Assembly (NCBI GenBank): GCA_002305475.1
Contig: DBRB01000019.1
Location: 1-48,334, forward strand
Length of the DNA: 48,334 nt
Source: a candidate division WWE3 bacterium UBA1379
GTDB lineage: Bacteria > Patescibacteriota > WWE3 > UBA101185 > UBA10185
Direction of reading: 5' to 3'
Numbering within the stretch: position 1 is the stretch's first letter; each line of letters starts with the position of its first letter. Below the pieces are notes generated by a model that had not been told where the DNA came from, did not search any database, and saw only the letters and a program-made list of their open reading frames with translations. The position numbers and the translations under genes were made by a program. Below are positions 46,342-48,334 of this stretch, in pieces.

Positions 46342-47460
46342 CTAGTAAATAAGGTTTGTGGGATTACCTTCTATTGGATAAGTCGGATTATCTGACGACT
46401 GATTCTCACCCTCTTGATTCAGAGTTTCACCTTGTGTCGGTTCTTCAGGATGATTTATTTCAGGATTTACGGGAGGTTGTATCGTCTGATCGGATACCGG
46501 TTGAATAGGTTCCAACGATTGGAGAATTTCATTTTTCGGATTCTGGTTTTCTACAGTATTGCTTTCAGATGCGGGTACGGGTTCTGGATCGGGTGTAGGA
46601 ACTCTTTTACCAGATCTTCTTCTAAATAGTCTTCTTATCATTAGAATTATCATGACAAAAAAGAAAAACCCGACTGCAGCTCCCCCAATAAGAACAAATT
46701 GAGGATTTCCATATTGGCTGTCTTTATCCACTATTTTCACTACTTTACCCAGAAATGAACCCGACTCTAAACCGGAGTCATCATCACTCTGATTATCCGT
46801 TGTAAATGCTTGCGTACTTTCTGTGGGAGTAGATGCCCATGCATCTGTATTGTTTTCAATGTTGTCGGATGCTCCTGAATTAAACCAGATACTGCCTGTT
46901 CTGTCGTTACTCATATCCTCCTGTTCATCCTCATCTGATGTGTCTGCTGAACTTCCGTCAGAAACTATTTTTATATTTACCGAATTTACAGTTTCCAAAA
47001 CATCCTGGCCTTTTGCTACAACATTGGTATCTTTTGTATTACTTCTGACAAAATCAAAGCCGATAGTTGTTTTATCCACGGTTTTTAATGCTTCCACCTT
47101 TACTTCCGCTATTAACGCGGGTTCTTTCACATAAGTTCCGTAGTTATTGGATAATGATGTCTTTACCAGTCCTTCATCCTGGTCAATAATTTTTGCGGGT
47201 TGTAATGAAAAAGCTCCCAGTCTAACCACATCAATAAGTTTAATGTATTTCGGATCAAAAGTAAGATATAGATCTACTCCCATTACATCCTGACCGCTCA
47301 CATCAAGACGTATAGGTAAGGTCGTTTGTTCCCCTTTTGTCAGAGATACATTTTGTTCGGTAAAATTCAGACTCACACCCGCTGCATATACTGAATTTAC
47401 ACTTAGTACTAATGCAGTAAAAACAGTTATTATATAAATGGCAACTTTATAGTACTTCAT
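46342..47460 (-). CDS. Cohesin-domain membrane anchor protein
   Basis: Signal peptide; cohesin-like GVDLYLTFDPKYIKL..G.V..IAEVKVEAL; acidic linker; TM helix with RRLFRRR stop-transfer; P/E/Q-rich tail. Confidence 0.75.
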   Translation of the reverse strand: MKYYKVAIYIITVFTALVLSVNSVYAAGVSLNFTEQNVSLTKGEQTTLPIRLDVSGQDVMGVDLYLTFDPKYIKLIDVVRLGAFSLQPAKIIDQDEGLVKTSLSNNYGTYVKEPALIAEVKVEALKTVDKTTIGFDFVRSNTKDTNVVAKGQDVLETVNSVNIKIVSDGSSADTSDEDEQEDMSNDRTGSIWFNSGASDNIENNTDAWASTPTESTQAFTTDNQSDDDSGLESGSFLGKVVKIVDKDSQYGNPQFVLIGGAAVGFFFFVMIILMIRRLFRRRSGKRVPTPDPEPVPASESNTVENQNPKNEILQSLEPIQPVSDQTIQPPVNPEINHPEEPTQGETLNQEGENQSSDNPTYPIEGNPTNLIY

Positions 47461-48334
47461 TTTCTTTCAGGAAATTATTAATCAACAAGCCATGATCCTG
47501 TGTATCAACCAGACCATTTGTGTTGTAGTCAGCAATCTGCCCTACATACCAGTCTTCATACATCTGTGATAGGTCAATATTATTTACAATTCCGTCATCA
47601 TTCAAATCACCGGCAGACAATGTCCCAAACGAAAGCACATTAAGTCCGTCTGCTAACGTTTTGCTGATAGTTTTTCTAAGATATCCGGTAGCATCAACAC
47701 TAAACTGACGGGAGTTACCAATGATGAAGGTATCCGGCAGTTGTATTTCAATACTATCTCCAGTATTAGTCGTATTAACAGTCTGAGTCCATGACGTGTT
47801 GGGTGCAAGAAGTCTTAATCCGGTAAATGCATGATTTGAACCGATAGGACGTCTGACAGAAATCCTGATAGAAATATTTCCAGCAACCGAAAACGTCAGA
47901 CTCTGCGGCTGTTGTAGGATATCCTGAATGGTTGCCAGACTGATAGCATTGCTGTCATCTGTAGCCCCTGCTGTATATTTGAAAGAGAGGGAACTGTTTC
48001 CAGATACCAGCGGTCGGAATACGACGGTTGCCATGGTACCGCTCCCGGTAAAACCGTCACCCGGTCCGCTTTCCCCGTCCGGTGCAGTAACCTGCGATAT
48101 TGAAACTACACCATTATTATTGTCAATATTTGTGAATGTATTGCCCGTTAACAGTCTTTTATCATCGATTCTGACGACCTGTAGTCTGTTCTTATCATAT
48201 AAAATGATGGCATCTACACCGGTTACGGCTGTTCCGGTGGAAAAATTGATATCTATAGGAAGATCCTGGTTTATAACAGCATTCTGTGATCTAACAAACG
48301 TTAATGTGGCTGGGGATCCTGTTGGTGCAGGCGT
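47447..48334 (-). CDS. Scaffoldin-like protein (5'-truncated): PT linker - cohesin - Ig-like X module - dockerin
   Basis: The frame stays open from the window end (TPAPTGSPATL..VTGVDAIILYDKNRLQV..GSGTMATVVFRP). It continues through DATGYLRK to GDLNDDGIVNNID..ADYNTNGLVDTQD. Confidence 0.8.
   Translation of the reverse strand, partial: TPAPTGSPATLTFVRSQNAVINQDLPIDINFSTGTAVTGVDAIILYDKNRLQVVRIDDKRLLTGNTFTNIDNNNGVVSISQVTAPDGESGPGDGFTGSGTMATVVFRPLVSGNSSLSFKYTAGATDDSNAISLATIQDILQQPQSLTFSVAGNISIRISVRRPIGSNHAFTGLRLLAPNTSWTQTVNTTNTGDSIEIQLPDTFIIGNSRQFSVDATGYLRKTISKTLADGLNVLSFGTLSAGDLNDDGIVNNIDLSQMYEDWYVGQIADYNTNGLVDTQDHGLLINNFLKENEVL

Noticed and set aside
47447-48034. 195-aa ORF starting at 48034 as a complete gene
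   Set aside because: The frame is open to the window end and that Met lies inside the cohesin domain, so the gene is 5'-truncated.

Overview
AT-rich bacterial chromosome segment read with genetic code 11 (TGA is a stop). The gene complement (lysS-greA-HD hydrolase, map-CAP, many GT4/GT2/GT-C glycosyltransferases, dockerin/cohesin proteins) and many apparently leaderless genes suggest a Patescibacteria/CPR organism of the Microgenomates/WWE3 type; this is inference. 1-12 kb: a nucleotidyltransferase/NYN pair bracketed by two copies of an unidentified ~100-nt element, GT-C transferases, an orphan MASE3 kinase, a matrixin protease, truB, an NpmA/KamB-like 16S rRNA m1A1408 methyltransferase, and Nramp-like and RDD genes. 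12-18 kb: tRNA-Pro(GGG) with a covarying A19-U56 pair, a decayed Zn-finger nuclease pseudogene and an accessory island with a structured leader RNA. 18-36 kb: housekeeping genes and a large glycosylation cluster. 36.5-48.3 kb, the highlight: a cellulosome-like locus. Four unrelated secreted proteins each end in a near-identical, mosaic 165-bp dockerin module. They converge on a membrane-anchored cohesin protein and a cohesin-X-dockerin scaffoldin-like gene that runs off the window. All calls come from motif recognition by eye; no searches were run.
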